A stretch of 63,533 bases of DNA, counting the filler, from Octopus bimaculoides (taxonomy: Eukaryota), in NCBI RefSeq assembly GCF_001194135.2. It is 5 parts of 3 records of this genome, joined end to end, with 100 filler letters (N's around TTAATTAATTAA, not from the genome) between each part and the next. Parts side by side here need not be neighbours in the genome. Positions count along the whole stretch, not along the records: positions 1 to 28,468 come from NC_068982.1; 4 more parts are not named here. One strand, 5' to 3'. Each line of letters begins with the position of its first letter. The stretch's first letter is position 1. Shown in pieces: positions 1-13,699 of this stretch. The position numbers were made by a program, and so were the translations under genes. Below the pieces are notes generated by a model. It was not told the origin of the DNA and searched no databases. It was given only the letters and a program-made list of their open reading frames with translations.

Positions 1-20
1 GCAAAACAAAAGTCAAACAT

Positions 21-495
<475 letters not shown>

Positions 496-1576
496 CGTTA
501 TATTAAAGATCAGCGAATTACTCTGTAGTAGAATTTGCGATAGGAAGAAAGTTGAGTAATTGAAATATCTAAGAGCATACGTAAGTCACTCGTTGCTTTA
601 GAAAACGTCCCTGATGCTATTCTTTTTCGTGAAATATATTATAATTGTCATAATTATATTATAAGCGATCATTAACATTTGCTGACCAAACTACTTCACA
701 GACTTTTATTCCCAAACTTTATACTTTTGTCAGACCTCAACAACTCTTACTCTCTCTCTCTCTCTCTCTCTCTCTTGCCTTCTCTCTCTCTACCTCCCTT
801 TCTCACTCCATGCTTTCTTTCTTTCACTCTTTCTCTCTCTCTCTGTGTTTCTTTTTCTCTCTTTCCCTCTCTCTCTCTCTCGATCTACTTCTACGATACC
901 ATCGCTACATCTCCCTATCATTCATATATGTGTCTGAATTAAATGCAGACACGTAATTTTATAGTTTGGACGAAACTTACCCCCGGAGACACTTCGAAGT
1001 TACAGACAATAAAAGTATTATAACTGTATGTGCGTGAATAAATGCCCATATATATATATATGTATACATGTGCGCGCGTGTAATTATATATGGGTGTATG
1101 TGTGTGTTATATTTGTACGTATATGTGTATGTTCATATGCGCAGACGAATGCAGAACTATATTAGAATTCGATTGTAAATATACATCAATAATATTTGAA
1201 AAATTTTCCAACATATTGTTACAGTGAAGAAAAATCAACATGAAAGTATCAGCATCTGTGTTAATATTCTTCTCTGTTCTTTCGACCGCTTCCTCTTCCC
1301 CAAGTTCCATACCATTATCATTGCGAAGAAGAAAAATAAATCAACTACCAAAACATTCTGCAGCCATTTTGGATGCGTCTTTCTTGTAGATCAGTGTCTA
1401 ATAGAATATGCTGACAGTTTCTTCATTTAAAACAAAATCATTTTTTTTTTAGATTTTGTTATTGTTGTTGGTTTTGTTTTGCTTTTAAACTTCAATGCTT
1501 TTAATTAATTTTCTTCCACGCATGCATATGTCCTTATTGTTTCTCGTCGCTGATGATTATATCTTTATTTTATTAT

Positions 1577-1595
1577 ACTGCTGCTGCTGCTGCTG

Positions 1596-1648
<53 letters not shown>

Positions 1649-1658
1649 GTTACTACTG

Positions 1659-1740
<82 letters not shown>

Positions 1741-1746
1741 GAAGAA

Positions 1747-1781
<35 letters not shown>

Positions 1782-1928
1782 AGTTTGAACATCATCATCC
1801 TCATTATTATTTTTATTATTTAATAACTTTTATATTTTGATTCTGTAAACTTGCTCTTCTTCTAGATATTGATGCTGTCAGTAACTATGATGGCAAAGTC
1901 AATGATGATGATAATGATGATAATGATA

Positions 1929-1990
<62 letters not shown>
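1577..1990. repeat. Compound trinucleotide microsatellite (CTG)(CTA)(ATA)(AAG) plus a (GAT)n block
   Basis: Directly visible; accounts for the poly-C/Y/T/N/K ORFs. Confidence 0.95.
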
Positions 1991-1992
<2 letters not shown>

Positions 1993-2629
1993 AGCTGTAT
2001 GTTTTCGGTGTTCTGTATTTTTTCATTTTCTTTTCGAAATGTAATTAATTCGTCGCCAACCAGTTCTCTGTAAATTTACGTTGATATGTTTTAGAGCTAT
2101 GAATATATGTTATTGTTATTATTACCGTTACTGCTGTAAAATATATGGTTGTTGTTATTCCTGTTGTAGCATATGTGGTTCTGGTTTTTATTTTTGGTTT
2201 CTTCTTTTTATAATTTAAGTTTCCTAAAGACATTTAATTCTCTTAGTTTTGATATAAATTTATTCTTACTTTCTTACACCTCACGCAATATTGATTCTTC
2301 GTGAGACGATAGTTGATCATGTTACAAGAAATAAAATATATGTACAAGTAGCCAGGACAATTTCATACATACTCAGACATACACATACTTATATACCCGC
2401 GCGTTTAAGTACATGAATATTTGTAATTAAACGTATAAGTATAAACATATATATTTAGTGGTTACACATAATATATGCTTATATATATAAATGTACGTGC
2501 ATACCACACACTTCTCAGTATAACACAAAACTCTCTTCTATATGAAAAACGCACACATGAACATACATGCATATATACAAACACACATGCACATACATAC
2601 ACCCGCACGAGCACACACAAGCATATACA

Positions 2630-4000
2630 TAATTTGGCAAAAATACCAAATGCCTTAGTCGCTGGCATGAAGGGGCTCACTAAGACCAGGATCACAATCC
2701 TAATACATACAACCGAGAGCGGGACGATCTTCCCAGTTTTATCAGTATTTCAAAGGAACTGTTCGATGGATATATTCTCTTTGTGATTCTTTTTACTTTG
2801 ACATTAAATCCGTTATCATTTCTGCTACAAAAATCCATGTTAGGTTTTGGAACCACTAGAAATATCAATATAACCCATCCATTCCATGTGTATGATATGA
2901 TGTTTTACGTAAAAATGATTACGATGCCGAAAAGGAAAAAAAAATAGAAAAGAAAACAACATTCGCAACTGGATAAGGATGGAAAGTCTCTAAAAGCTGT
3001 CCATACTTGATCATTAAATGTGGAAAATCAGTTCTCCATTTTCAGAACCTATGCATCAACGGTCTTTCTATCTCACGTGTTCCACACAAGGAAAGCTTCA
3101 AATATCTAGATATTGATGAAAATATATCATACGCTTAAGATATATCTGTGAACCGAAAGATTAACTCGAGAATATTATACCCGACTTAATAATACATGGC
3201 AGACGGTACTCTCCTCTTATACGACAATATCACACAATGCATTTGCAATAGCAATGCTGATTCTAACATTTTGGATACTTGAATGTTCTGTAGAGGAAAT
3301 GACTGCATAGAAATTAAAAGGTTTAAGATCCCGACGTCAAATGGAAACTGCCATAGAATCCAGGGTATCGACTGACTTTAACTGTAACGTTTTGAGATTA
3401 GAATAAAGTACAAGGCGGCGAGTTGGCAGAATCGTTAGCGCGCCGGGTGAAATGCTTAGCGGCATTTCGTCTGCCGTTACGTTCTGAGTTCAAATTCCGT
3501 CGAGGTGGACTTGCCTTTCATTCTTTCAGGGTCAATAAATTAAGTACCAGTTACGCACTAGGACTGGGGTTGATGTAATCGACTGAATCCCTTTGTCTCT
3601 CCTTGTTTATCCCCTATATGTTTATCCCCTTGTGGGCAATAAAGAAATAAGAAATACATATTTAGACCTAGTGCTGAAAAGTGAAGAGAAGGACATGCTA
3701 TGAGTCGGCAGTTGACACCTGAGGATATCTCCTTGGGGATCTCCGACACAACCTCAATATAACTGGACTAGCATAACTCAAAGAATACTTCAATGTGTAA
3801 CGCGTACTAAAATAAAAACAAAAGATTAAGCTTGGGTATGTTTCCCGAATTATGGAAGATGAAACTAATATCAGTATCAAATACAAACTTTCTTCAACTC
3901 GCGAACGCTACCTCGCATCACACTTCAAAGGCAATGCATTTCCTATCAAAGAGCAGAAAACTGCTACTAAAAACATTAAGACCACGAAAAACTAATTAGA
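2630..4000 (+). mobile_element. Decayed R4/Dong-like non-LTR retrotransposon (RT and downstream region)
   Basis: Frameshifted translation gives KELFDGYILFVILFTLTLNPLSFLLQK (GIFQGDSLSP-like), ITHPFHVYDM (RT YxDD region), ESFKYLDIDENISY, EYYTRLNNTWQTVLSSY..HNAFAI and ASHFKGNAFPIKEQKTATK; interrupted by the SINE at 3412-3655; weaker similarity may extend to ~4830. Confidence 0.7.
3412..3655 (+). mobile_element. tRNA-derived SINE, family A, tail type 2
   Basis: Head AAGGCGGCGAGTTGGCAGAATCGTTAGC; B-box-like GAGTTCAAATTCC; body GCCTTTCATTCTTTCAGGGTCAATAAATTAAGTACCAG; tail TTTGTCTCTCCTTGTTTATCCCC...GGGCAATAAAGAAATAAGAAAT. Confidence 0.9.
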
Positions 4001-4212
4001 AAATATGAAAAATCTATATAAAAACGATAACTCGTACACAGTCTTGTTTTCATATCTATACATACAAAATGCGCGTATCACTTTCTCTCCCCCACTCTCT
4101 CTTTCTATCAATTATCGTTTGTGCTTTCTCCGTTTGTATGTATGTATGTCTGTCTGTCTGTCTGTCTGTATGTATGTATGTATGTATGTATGTATGTATG
4201 TANNNNNNNNNN

Positions 4213-4262
<50 letters not shown>

Positions 4263-5018
4263 TATATATTCTTTGAAATCCTAATACTGAAACAAGTAAA
4301 AGAGTAAAAGAGAGAATGTGTATGTATATACACACACAGATATTGAAATGCATGTAATTCTCTTTTCAGTACGACTGACGAAGGTATCTATATGTGTATT
4401 TGTCAAGAAGACAAAAGTAACTAATATTATCACAGAATTCCAGGAGAGGCCGTGGGTATATGGTTAAATAGATGTATGTTTGAAGGCTATATATTTTGCA
4501 CCACACGTGTATTTTTGGCAGTCTGGGATGAGAATGAACCATTCAGTTACCTTCGTCATTATTCGCTAACTGCTTCATCCCAAACTGCTGATGAGACTTG
4601 AAATCTATTTCTATAAAATATCATGTGCCCTAAGCTCAAACTCATTTAAATAAAGTTCTGAAGTTGACGGCTGCACCGTAATTACTAGAGTAAAACATAC
4701 TGTGCAGTTATGAATAATAAATAAGCAATATAATTTGTATAATACAATTATTGTTTGGAAGTCAGTAACTGTTCTTTTGAGTTAGAAATAAGATTTCAAA
4801 CAAGTAGGTTTCCCTGTCAGGCAGCTAGGCTGAGACGTCCAGTACACACACATACACACGCAAGCTTACAAAACGAACACTTGCACACATGTTCATATAT
4901 ATCCTTATAAGTAATTCAGGAGTCACGAGTCACTCATATAATTTTACACCCAAATATAAAAGAATATATACTCTTACACATAGAGAATTATTTCTCCTCT
5001 TGTTCAATCAAATGGAAT

Positions 5019-5112
<94 letters not shown>

Positions 5113-5115
<3 letters not shown>

Positions 5116-5450
5116 CAAAACGGGGTGCCACTGCAAAGTACTAAAAGTCCCAACATTGCCGTCAAGATACAAGACCAGGTACTGCAACAGCTTGGGCCTC
5201 AAGGGCGCTCAGCTCTTCAATATCCTTCCACAAAGCCTGAGAGATCTATTTAGGATGGATGTAGGAGTGTTCAAAACAATACTGGATCTCCCCATGTCAA
5301 GAGTTCAGGATGAACCTACGTCGAGGCAAGAAACTCAAATGAAGGAAACAATATAAAATCCCTTATTCACCAAATTCCACACATCAGAGGAGGTTCAGTG
5401 AATGCGTAACAAAGCAAACGGCGGTGCCCCAGCATGGATGCTGCCCTCGG
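5113..5450 (+). mobile_element. 5'-truncated LINE 3' end (ORF2 C-terminus, CR1/L2-superfamily-like)
   Basis: RYCNSLGLKGAQLFNILPQSLRDLFRMDVGVFKTILDL..SRVQDEP resembles the LFNxLP...FKxxLD...PDEP end of CR1/L2-group ORF2; 3' UTR ends GGCGGTGCCCCAGCATGG; clade assignment tentative. Confidence 0.7.
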
Positions 5451-5465
5451 GAGAAAGAAATCTTA

Positions 5466-5640
5466 TCTTTTATTTGTTTCTGTCATTTGACTGCGACCAT
5501 GTTGAGGCACCGACTTGAAGGATATTTATCCCAGGACCTATTGTACGCCTAATACTAATTACATCGGTTTTTTTGCCGAAGCGTTAAGTTGCGAGGACGT
5601 AAGCACACCAACACACCAACACAAAGATAGACAAAGACAT
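5466..5640 (-). mobile_element. tRNA/CORE-like SINE family B, 3' half, diverged
   Basis: TTTGTTTCTGTCATTTGACTGCGACCATG matches the reverse complement of the family B tail seen at 45028, 48135 and 61140. Confidence 0.75.
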
Positions 5641-5852
5641 ACAGATACATACATACATACATACATACATACATACATACAAACGCACACACGTGCACAC
5701 ACATATTAATATTTCGCTTAGGCATAGCGAGACTAATAACCTGGTGTTGAACTTAATATACGTATGGTCCAGAACAGTGTTATATACTAGAATGGTAACA
5801 GAACCAAAATGATGACTCCAGAACAACCAAATGTTATGTAATAAACTTCATT

Positions 5853-5922
5853 AGCTTAGAGCTGTTTCTACTATGAGATATGGTGCAGTACCAGGATAAC
5901 ATCCAATAGCTTCATCAGAGCT
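5853..5922 (-). ncRNA. Type I minimal hammerhead ribozyme motif, AGCU family, one stem III mutation
   Basis: Minus strand: AGCU-CUGAUGA-A-GCUAU...AUAGU-A-GAAAC-AGCU-CUA-AGCU; stems I and II can pair; G16.2 has changed to C. Confidence 0.65.
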
Positions 5923-6430
5923 TTAAATATGAAGTGCACTTTATATGAGAAATTTGCATTTTCAGAAAACACAGGCATTCAGAGTGAGAAAGTTCCTGTT
6001 GATGGTTATAGAAATTTCTATTACAAGTTAGAAGAAACTATACAAATATACGCATGCGATTAGGGTAGAAATTAAAAGGGAAATATATGCGTAGCCGCAC
6101 ACAGTCATTCACATACATATATGTGTACATATACACATATATACGCACATGCACATACACACACATACACATACATACTCACGCATCTTCATACGTAGAA
6201 TAAGAGATAGAAAGTCCTTGACACAGTATTACATATTTGAATAAAATCCATTTCTATTCATTATATTTGAATAAAATGAATACAAATGGATTTTCTGATA
6301 ATTTCCCCACCTTAATGATTAGTTGTTTATAAATCATTAGATGCTTACGAAAGTAAACACCTGATAAGTTATAAACATCTAATTATGAAAGTGGAAAAAT
6401 TATCGCAAAAGACATTTCTATTCATTTTAT

Positions 6431-6476
<46 letters not shown>

Positions 6477-7008
6477 TTTCTGTTTGGTTGCCAATTTTCA
6501 AATTCTTCAATCTCTGTCGGAATTGATTTCATCTGCGGTGTAATGATATAGTTTTATATGCTAATCAATGTACTGGAATTCATTTTCGTCATAAATGAAT
6601 AAATAAAGAGTTAATAGTTTTTAAAGTTAATAACTTTTAAATTTTGGGTCGTTTTAGCCATTCATAATTCACAGACACAGTTATGCTTGTTTCCATAGTA
6701 ACTAGTAAAGTACGAGAACTCTTTTGTCTGTGAGTAAGTACGTGTTGAAAAGTATATACTATTCCTTGACAGGATGGTTAGATGTGCAAAAAATAACAGC
6801 TAAATATGCCTTAAATCACGCAGCCGTAAGGTTGTTTAGGCAGTAACATGGAAAGATACAAACAGAAACAAATTGCCATTTATACATAAGATATATGTAC
6901 ATATAAGCATAAAGATGGAACTGCAGAACTTAGAATTACACACACCTATGTATGTATATATATATATCTATATATATATATATATATGTAATAATAATAA
7001 TATTACCA

Positions 7009-7463
7009 TAGGGTAAAATTAATAATTAATAATTTTACCAAGTAGTCTAGTATGTTAAAAGAACCATTATCGGTAACCTTATACAAATGTCTTATAATTA
7101 TAAGCATAATTATAATTAGGGTTCAGCAAAATTGCTTCAGCACGGAAATAAGTGAGTAAAAATGATATTTTACATATCTTTAATTCAGAAACGCGTATAT
7201 AGTTGATTAAAGCTGGGTGGATTGGTTATTGTTTTTTCTTTGCCTGCGCGAGTTGAGAGTATTGCTGTCTGGAAGACATCTTATGGTAGTGGAATAGTAT
7301 TTAACTGCTATTTCTAAATTTCGGTATGTGGTGAAGCAATTTTGCAGATCCCTAATTATAATTATGCTTATAATTATATAATTTTTATATAAGTTTACCG
7401 ATAATGGTTCTTTTAACATACCGAACTACTTTGTAAAATTATTAATTATTAATTCACACCCTA
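7009..7463. mobile_element. MITE with ~135-bp terminal inverted repeats (TIRs), Tc1/mariner-like ends
   Basis: 7009-7143 is the reverse complement of 7328-7463 (e.g. GTATGTTAAAAGAACCATTATCGGTAA); ends TAGGGT...ACCCTA in a TA context. Confidence 0.8.
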
Positions 7464-10400
7464 TATTATTATTGATTATAAAATTGACTTCCTAATAGTA
7501 AACTGGAGTAACAGCAGATGACGAGCACACAGCCGCTGCTGGCCCATTTAGGTTTTTCCATGACGTGTACTCGCAACGAGCTACATGCCAAGACCAGATT
7601 TGTCGTCTCTGATATAGGATACAATGAATAATACATTCACTAGTATTGCAAATAGTCGTCGGACTGAATAAGTAAGACGGTGTACGCAATGAAGGAATAT
7701 TCAACTGAAATAGCCATTTATGTATCATAATTGAGGCATATACACAGGTGATCTCCCACCCCCACACATAGACACACAGACAGATCGACACACACACACA
7801 CACACACAGACATACACGCATATATCTGTGGACGTATCAGTGTGTGTTAATATGCAAGCTGATATAAGTACGAAGCCCAATTTGGTAAGCGATCGTTTAC
7901 TTGAAGTTTGCTTGTTAAAATGTTTACACAGGGGCTGTGTGGAAGGCCATCGCATAAAATTCATTTGTAGTTCAAAGGTTACATCTATTGACATATTGTA
8001 ACACGAGGATTTTGTTTAAAAATTACATTAAGGGCAAATGTAATATGTGAAATACTCAGCCACCTGTTCACCAAGTCAACGAACTGATAATTCAGTTAGG
8101 CAAACAACTGAATAAACATTGTCGAAACGACCGAAATTCATTAATTTTTATGTACAAGACAGGCATGGTATGTATCTACACATGAATGTATACATATATG
8201 TACATATACATACATGTATATATATANNNNNNNNNNNNNNNNNNNNNNNNNNNNNNNNNNNNNNNNNNNNNNNNNNNNNNNNNNNNNNNNNNNNNNNNNN
8301 NNNNNNNNNNNNNNNNNNNNNNNNNNNNNNNNNNNNNNNNNNNNNNNNNNNNNNNNNNNNNNNNNNNNNNNNNNNNNNNNNNNNNNNNNNNNNNNNNNNN
8401 NNNNNNNNNNNNNNNNNNNNNNNNNNNNNNNNNNNNNNNNNNNNNNNNNNNNNNNNNNNNNNNNNNNNNNNNNNNNNNNNNNNNNNNNNNNNNNNNNNNN
8501 NNNNNNNNNNNNNNNNNNNNNNNNNNNNNNNNNNNNNNNNNNNNNNNNNNNNNNNNNNNNNNNNNNNNNNNNNNNNNNNNNNNNNNTATATATATATATA
8601 TATATATATATGAATACATATATGTATACATATATGTATGTATGTATGTATGTATATATGTATGTATGTATGTATGTATGTACGTATATACATGCATATT
8701 TATTGAGAGGGGGAGAAAGGAAGAATTGAAGAAAGAATGATATTTTTTATGTCTGTTATTTTCGCAGCGTTTACTGATCATAATCTGTTCTCGTAGGAAA
8801 AGAGTCATTGTGCACATTGCAAAAAATTCAATATTCATTTATTCTCGACTTTCAGTATAAACAGCCGATGAGGCTGCAATCGATCCAGATAGGATAAACA
8901 ACTTGCCACTAAAAATCTATGAAAGCATATTGCTATGTAGCATGTATTGTATTGACGATTGCATCTCTTGACAATGTAACCAAGTTCCAATTTTGAAAGC
9001 GCTACCAATGCATTTGGTAAGTGAGTAAATGATTTATAGAATTCCAGCCACCAAATTTCTTGTTACTCTATCTCAATGATATTTGGATTTTAAATAAAGC
9101 TCATATGTCTATACGTGATAAAGGGGATATCGATATTTTGGTTTTAAATAAACCTACGGTAGTAATTGGCAGGTCGAGTATCAAAGATTTATTATAGTGA
9201 GACGTCTTAACACAATCTCAAATCTACTGCAAACATTACTTCAAGATAGATTCATTTTCTGAAGTAATTTTAAATAACAATACAAACGATAGATACTTGG
9301 TTCTTGTGGATTCTAAAGTAATGATACAACAGAGTCTTGAAATACTGGTTTGCAACCTTGAAATACACTATACAAAATAGATACGGGGAGATGTTAATAA
9401 ATATCATTTGTAGAAATGAAGTCTAAATGAGAGACAATAGACAGTAACCTTCTATATTGCTCTGCAATGTCTCATATTAGAAATTTGCGTTTGTTATTTA
9501 GTTTGCAAAGAAGCCACTTTGTGGTTGTCGGCTTATTGGAAATGACGATAAATAGCATCTTCAAATCTTAACGTAGGACCCTTTAAAAGAACACATGATG
9601 CTACATAGGCTACATTTAAAAATGAAAGAAGATATGATGGTCATGGCTGGATCACCTTTGATCATCGGCTGTTTATTTAGCGAGTGGACACTAAAAATCT
9701 GTTTATATTTTAGAATTAGTACATTAATTGAATGTTTTTTTAGAAACACTATTAAGGCTGCGTATGTACATTATTTTTCTCAAACGTTGATGGACTAATG
9801 AAATTATGAAAACTGGAGATGTTTTAAGCATGAGAAGTGCTTTTGAAATGTAAACTACATTAGTGATATAAGAACGAAATAACTTTTGTTGTCGCTTTGT
9901 TGCATTTGTTGTTTATCCACTGCGAACATAACATAAAGTGAGCTGAAGATCAGATCACTGAATTAAATGCCTTACTATGTTTCTTTCCTTATTATTCCAG
10001 CTTTTACGAATAACAACATTCTGTATTGGAGGTTCAATTATATCGTGTTTATTAGAAATGGAAGTGTTCAAGCCTAAATATCTGTCAGCACTTATATTCT
10101 CTTCCCTTTAATTTGAAGTTTTCTCAAAGATTTGGAAGCATTTTATATGCCCACAGAGAGACTAAAATTCAGGACAAGACTTCTATTAGTGAGTTTGTTG
10201 TAGCTGATATTCACTTTAGCTTCTGTAACGTAATGGAGATATGTATACAGTTAGGATGCAAGGGTTCTGGAACGTATCTTGCACCTAAAGACCAAGAGGT
10301 GTTGTTAAACCAGGCAGCATGTTCAGCTTGCACCTTTAAAGTTAAAGCTATCATTATAAATATACACGCGTATATGAATGAATTAATTCAGTTGTGAAAA

Positions 10401-11996
10401 TTGGCACTGTACCTTGCAAACACAAACATTTCTGTTGGCGATAAACTTATAGAACTTATTTATTTCTGAGATGAATAAATGAGCTTGGTTCTAGTGGATG
10501 TTTGTTTATTAACTCTCCTAAATTCAGTGGCCGTACAATCTAAGTATAATTCTCTGTTAGCCATCACGCGGTAACTTAGGTCATTTCGGTACAATGGGTT
10601 AAAAGAGATGTCGAATTGGACTGAAAGAGAAAACAGCTATTTCGTCTACAAAAATGTATATAGATAAAACAAACCAATATCCTATATAAGAAACGAACAT
10701 AGAGTTAAGAAAGGATAAAAAGGCCGTCCATTTTTATTCTGTAAAAATCGTAACTAATTTATCGTTTAAGACGTTTACGGAAACCATAAAATTGATGTTC
10801 TTATTTTTTCCCAGTTTGATTCTTTTACTTAGGATCATTTAGGGAGCGAGGGATAGTGATATATATATATATATATATATATGCATTTACATACATATAC
10901 ATAATAGATAGAGAAAGAAGGGGAAAGAGAGGGGGTAAAAGAGGAAGCTAGGGTGGGAAAGAGAGAAAGGTTGTTAATATCATTGTCATCCAACTTTCTT
11001 CTGCTATCATTAATGTGAAAGTGCTCGCATATCCAGTCTTGTTAGTGTTAGATCTCCCAGATAAAGAAGACGAAAGTTGCAAAATTTGATATTCTTAATC
11101 GAGTTTCGAAGTTGGAGATTCTATGATTCAGTGCTTATGCAATCACAGCTTTTGGCATAAAGTGCATTTGGAGAAGATCGATAGTAGCAGTGCAAAGATC
11201 ACCCAAAACGAAATTGAAGCTGGAAGAGACATTTTTCGCAAGGAATGTCAAAAAAGATTTATTTATCAACGTAATCTTTGCCGTAAATTATATAGGTTTG
11301 TATATTAGATTAAAGAATTACAACTATATCTATCCGCTGTTGAAAGCCTAACCAATAGAAAGCTTACATTTATTTCATGTTTTCTATGTATTTTTGTTAT
11401 ATATATTTGATTTCATTTGATACTTTTTGTTATTCTACGTCCCACAATATATTGACCACACTACCACTGGCGGAAATTCAACAGCAACTGATTTATATAA
11501 AGTTTGCTACAAAAAGGAAGGGCTTCTGTATTACATAGGAACAGATTATTAAACTAAGTATCTTAGACATGTGTAAAATAGATACAAGCCTTTGTTTGTC
11601 ATTTCTGTACGCAAGAAAGAACATGTGTAAACTGCATGAATGCTGGTATGTAGGGTTAGGAATTATTTGTAAATAAGTTAGAATGCGAGCGTTTAAAGAT
11701 ATGCGAACATCAGTGATTTTACGTGTATGTGTGTGTGTCTGTGTGTGTGTACATGGGTGTGTGCATATTTGAGATATATCTAGTTTGTTTAATATATAAA
11801 CGGATACATTCTGACAAGGAAATGTATATTTATGATGCGTAAAATATATATTAAAATGTGAAAAACATAGCAAGTTATTGTCAATCAGTCGATCATTCAC
11901 TCACTCACTCACACACCCACCCACTCACTCACTCACTCACTCACTCAATCACTCACTCACTCACTCACTCACTCAATCAATCAATCAATCAATCAG

Positions 11997-12041
<45 letters not shown>

Positions 12042-12209
12042 TTGTGTATCTATCTATCTATCAACGGATTAGTCGATCAAATATGCACACAGATGTCTGT
12101 TTTAATACCAGTATGTTTGTGTGTATACATGCATACATACATGCATGCATACATACATACATACATACATGCATACATACATGCATACATGCATACATAC
12201 ATATATTTA

Positions 12210-13060
12210 TATGAAATAAAAGGAGACAATAAATCCAAGTCTGTGAGGAATTTTCAGGATACTTATAAAGAGAAAGTTAATCTTACCGCTGTTTCTGGGA
12301 TATTAGGGATATCTCTTCATCAAAGACGATGTGAGATGATAAAGGAGAAGCAACTAGTAGATTTCAATATAAGGAGTTATTTTGGAAAAGGATGGAAATA
12401 AAAAGTATAAAGGGAAATGAGAGAATAAAAGTAAAAATAGAAATATATGTAGGATGTTATATTTGGAGTTCCATTATCCAAGGAAAATTGTGTGTAGAAA
12501 TGGTATAAACACTTCTTGTCCATGGTATGTAAATTCCGATAGGAGTTCATATTTTGTCATCATAACTGAAATGTGTGGAGACGTAGATTCCTTGTGCTGT
12601 TCATTCAAATGGATCTTGTGGCATGGATGAAATTTTGAGAATGTAATGGTAGTATTAAGTAGGATAAAGGGGAAAACCTATAATAGTAAGCGATCTAACT
12701 TTCTTAGTCTTTAAATTATAATTTTGGTGGGATGTCAAAGTAATCTGTGATGGGTGGAATTGTCCAGTTCTTCAAAATATATGTTTGCATCTCAATATTG
12801 AGATGGGGCTTTTTCATCTGAACAGTATCTTTGTTCTTTCAGCCAAGCAAAGCTTACATTTCTTTGATCCATTCACATAAGGTGTGGATTTTCGATTATT
12901 TTCCATTCATTCGTGTATGGCGTTTTATTCTCTTTAAAATCCCACACGTGACTGGATAGCTTTGTGACCTTACTCTTGTCTTTGCGTCGGAAGCGGGCTA
13001 TGTTGTTGGCATGACGTTTTTAAAAACCCATTCACATAATCCGGTATACGTTTTTTTCCG
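12210..13060 (-). mobile_element. Penelope-like element remnant: GIY-YIG C-terminal half plus 3' region with HHR
   Basis: Minus strand, with frameshifts: KTYTGLCEWVFK(K)RHANNIARFRRKDKSKVTKLSSHVWDFKENKTPYTNEWKII..STPYVNGSKKCKLCLAERTKIL..RCKH; same type as the copy at 41329. Confidence 0.8.
12280..12327 (-). ncRNA. Type I minimal hammerhead ribozyme motif, AGCU family, degenerate
   Basis: Minus strand: GUCU-UUGAUGA-A-GAGAUAU-CCCUA-AUAUCCC-A-GAAAC-AGCG-GUA-AGAU; C3 has changed to U; lies ~450 nt downstream of the GIY-YIG remnant. Confidence 0.7.
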
Positions 13061-13062
13061 TT

Positions 13063-13132
<70 letters not shown>

Positions 13133-13133
<1 letters not shown>

Positions 13134-13330
13134 TTCATTAAAGGTTGCAATGACTTCTGCCTGATATGTAATCGCCTTGGTCATGGACCGTTGTTCGAGT
13201 CGACTGGATCCTGGATCACGAATGTCAAGCAGTACAAATTGTCGTTTCCAAATTTCTGGAAGAGTGAATTGGGTCATGGTGCTGATTTTCTTAAAGACGG
13301 TGCCCAACTGATCCTACTATACTGTGTAGT
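13133..13330 (-). mobile_element. Possible short 3' end of a restriction-like-endonuclease (RLE) LINE with (AAT)n tail
   Basis: Weak IVGS(L)GTVFKK similarity to the PIVxGALGT motif, followed by an (AAT)n run at 13064-13132. Confidence 0.3.
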
Positions 13331-13699
13331 CGACAAACAATACGCGTGCGCGAAATTAAAACTAAAAAATGATGAAAATTTACCCATCACACCCAGTATA
13401 TTTATATTACACACACACAAAAAAATATATAAGAAGTAAGTAATATATATATGAATTAGTAGCGGCTGACGGTGTATAAACAAAATCGAACACACAAGCA
13501 CAAAGTGTTTTGACATTCGTAAGTCAAAACAAAGACGAAACATAGATGTCTGTTGTTCCGAGAAAAATGGGATTTGATGTGAGTTGTCTCGTTTATCTAT
13601 GACTAAATTTCAGGTGTTTTACACCAGGGGCATCGTGATTATATTATCCTACGCCTAAAAAAGTGCACCCGCCCGACGAACTCACAATACGCACCAACC

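Noticed and set aside
4585-4610. Other CUGANGA hits (4588, 9945, 19175, 20453, 21905, 28222, 35947, 49915)
   Set aside because: They lack a pairing stem II followed by GAAA and a compatible stem I/III.
11060-11200. PHD-finger-like remnant (DESCKI..DSMIQCLC..FWH)
   Set aside because: Contains a stop and is missing ligands; too degenerate to call, possibly an old LINE ORF1.
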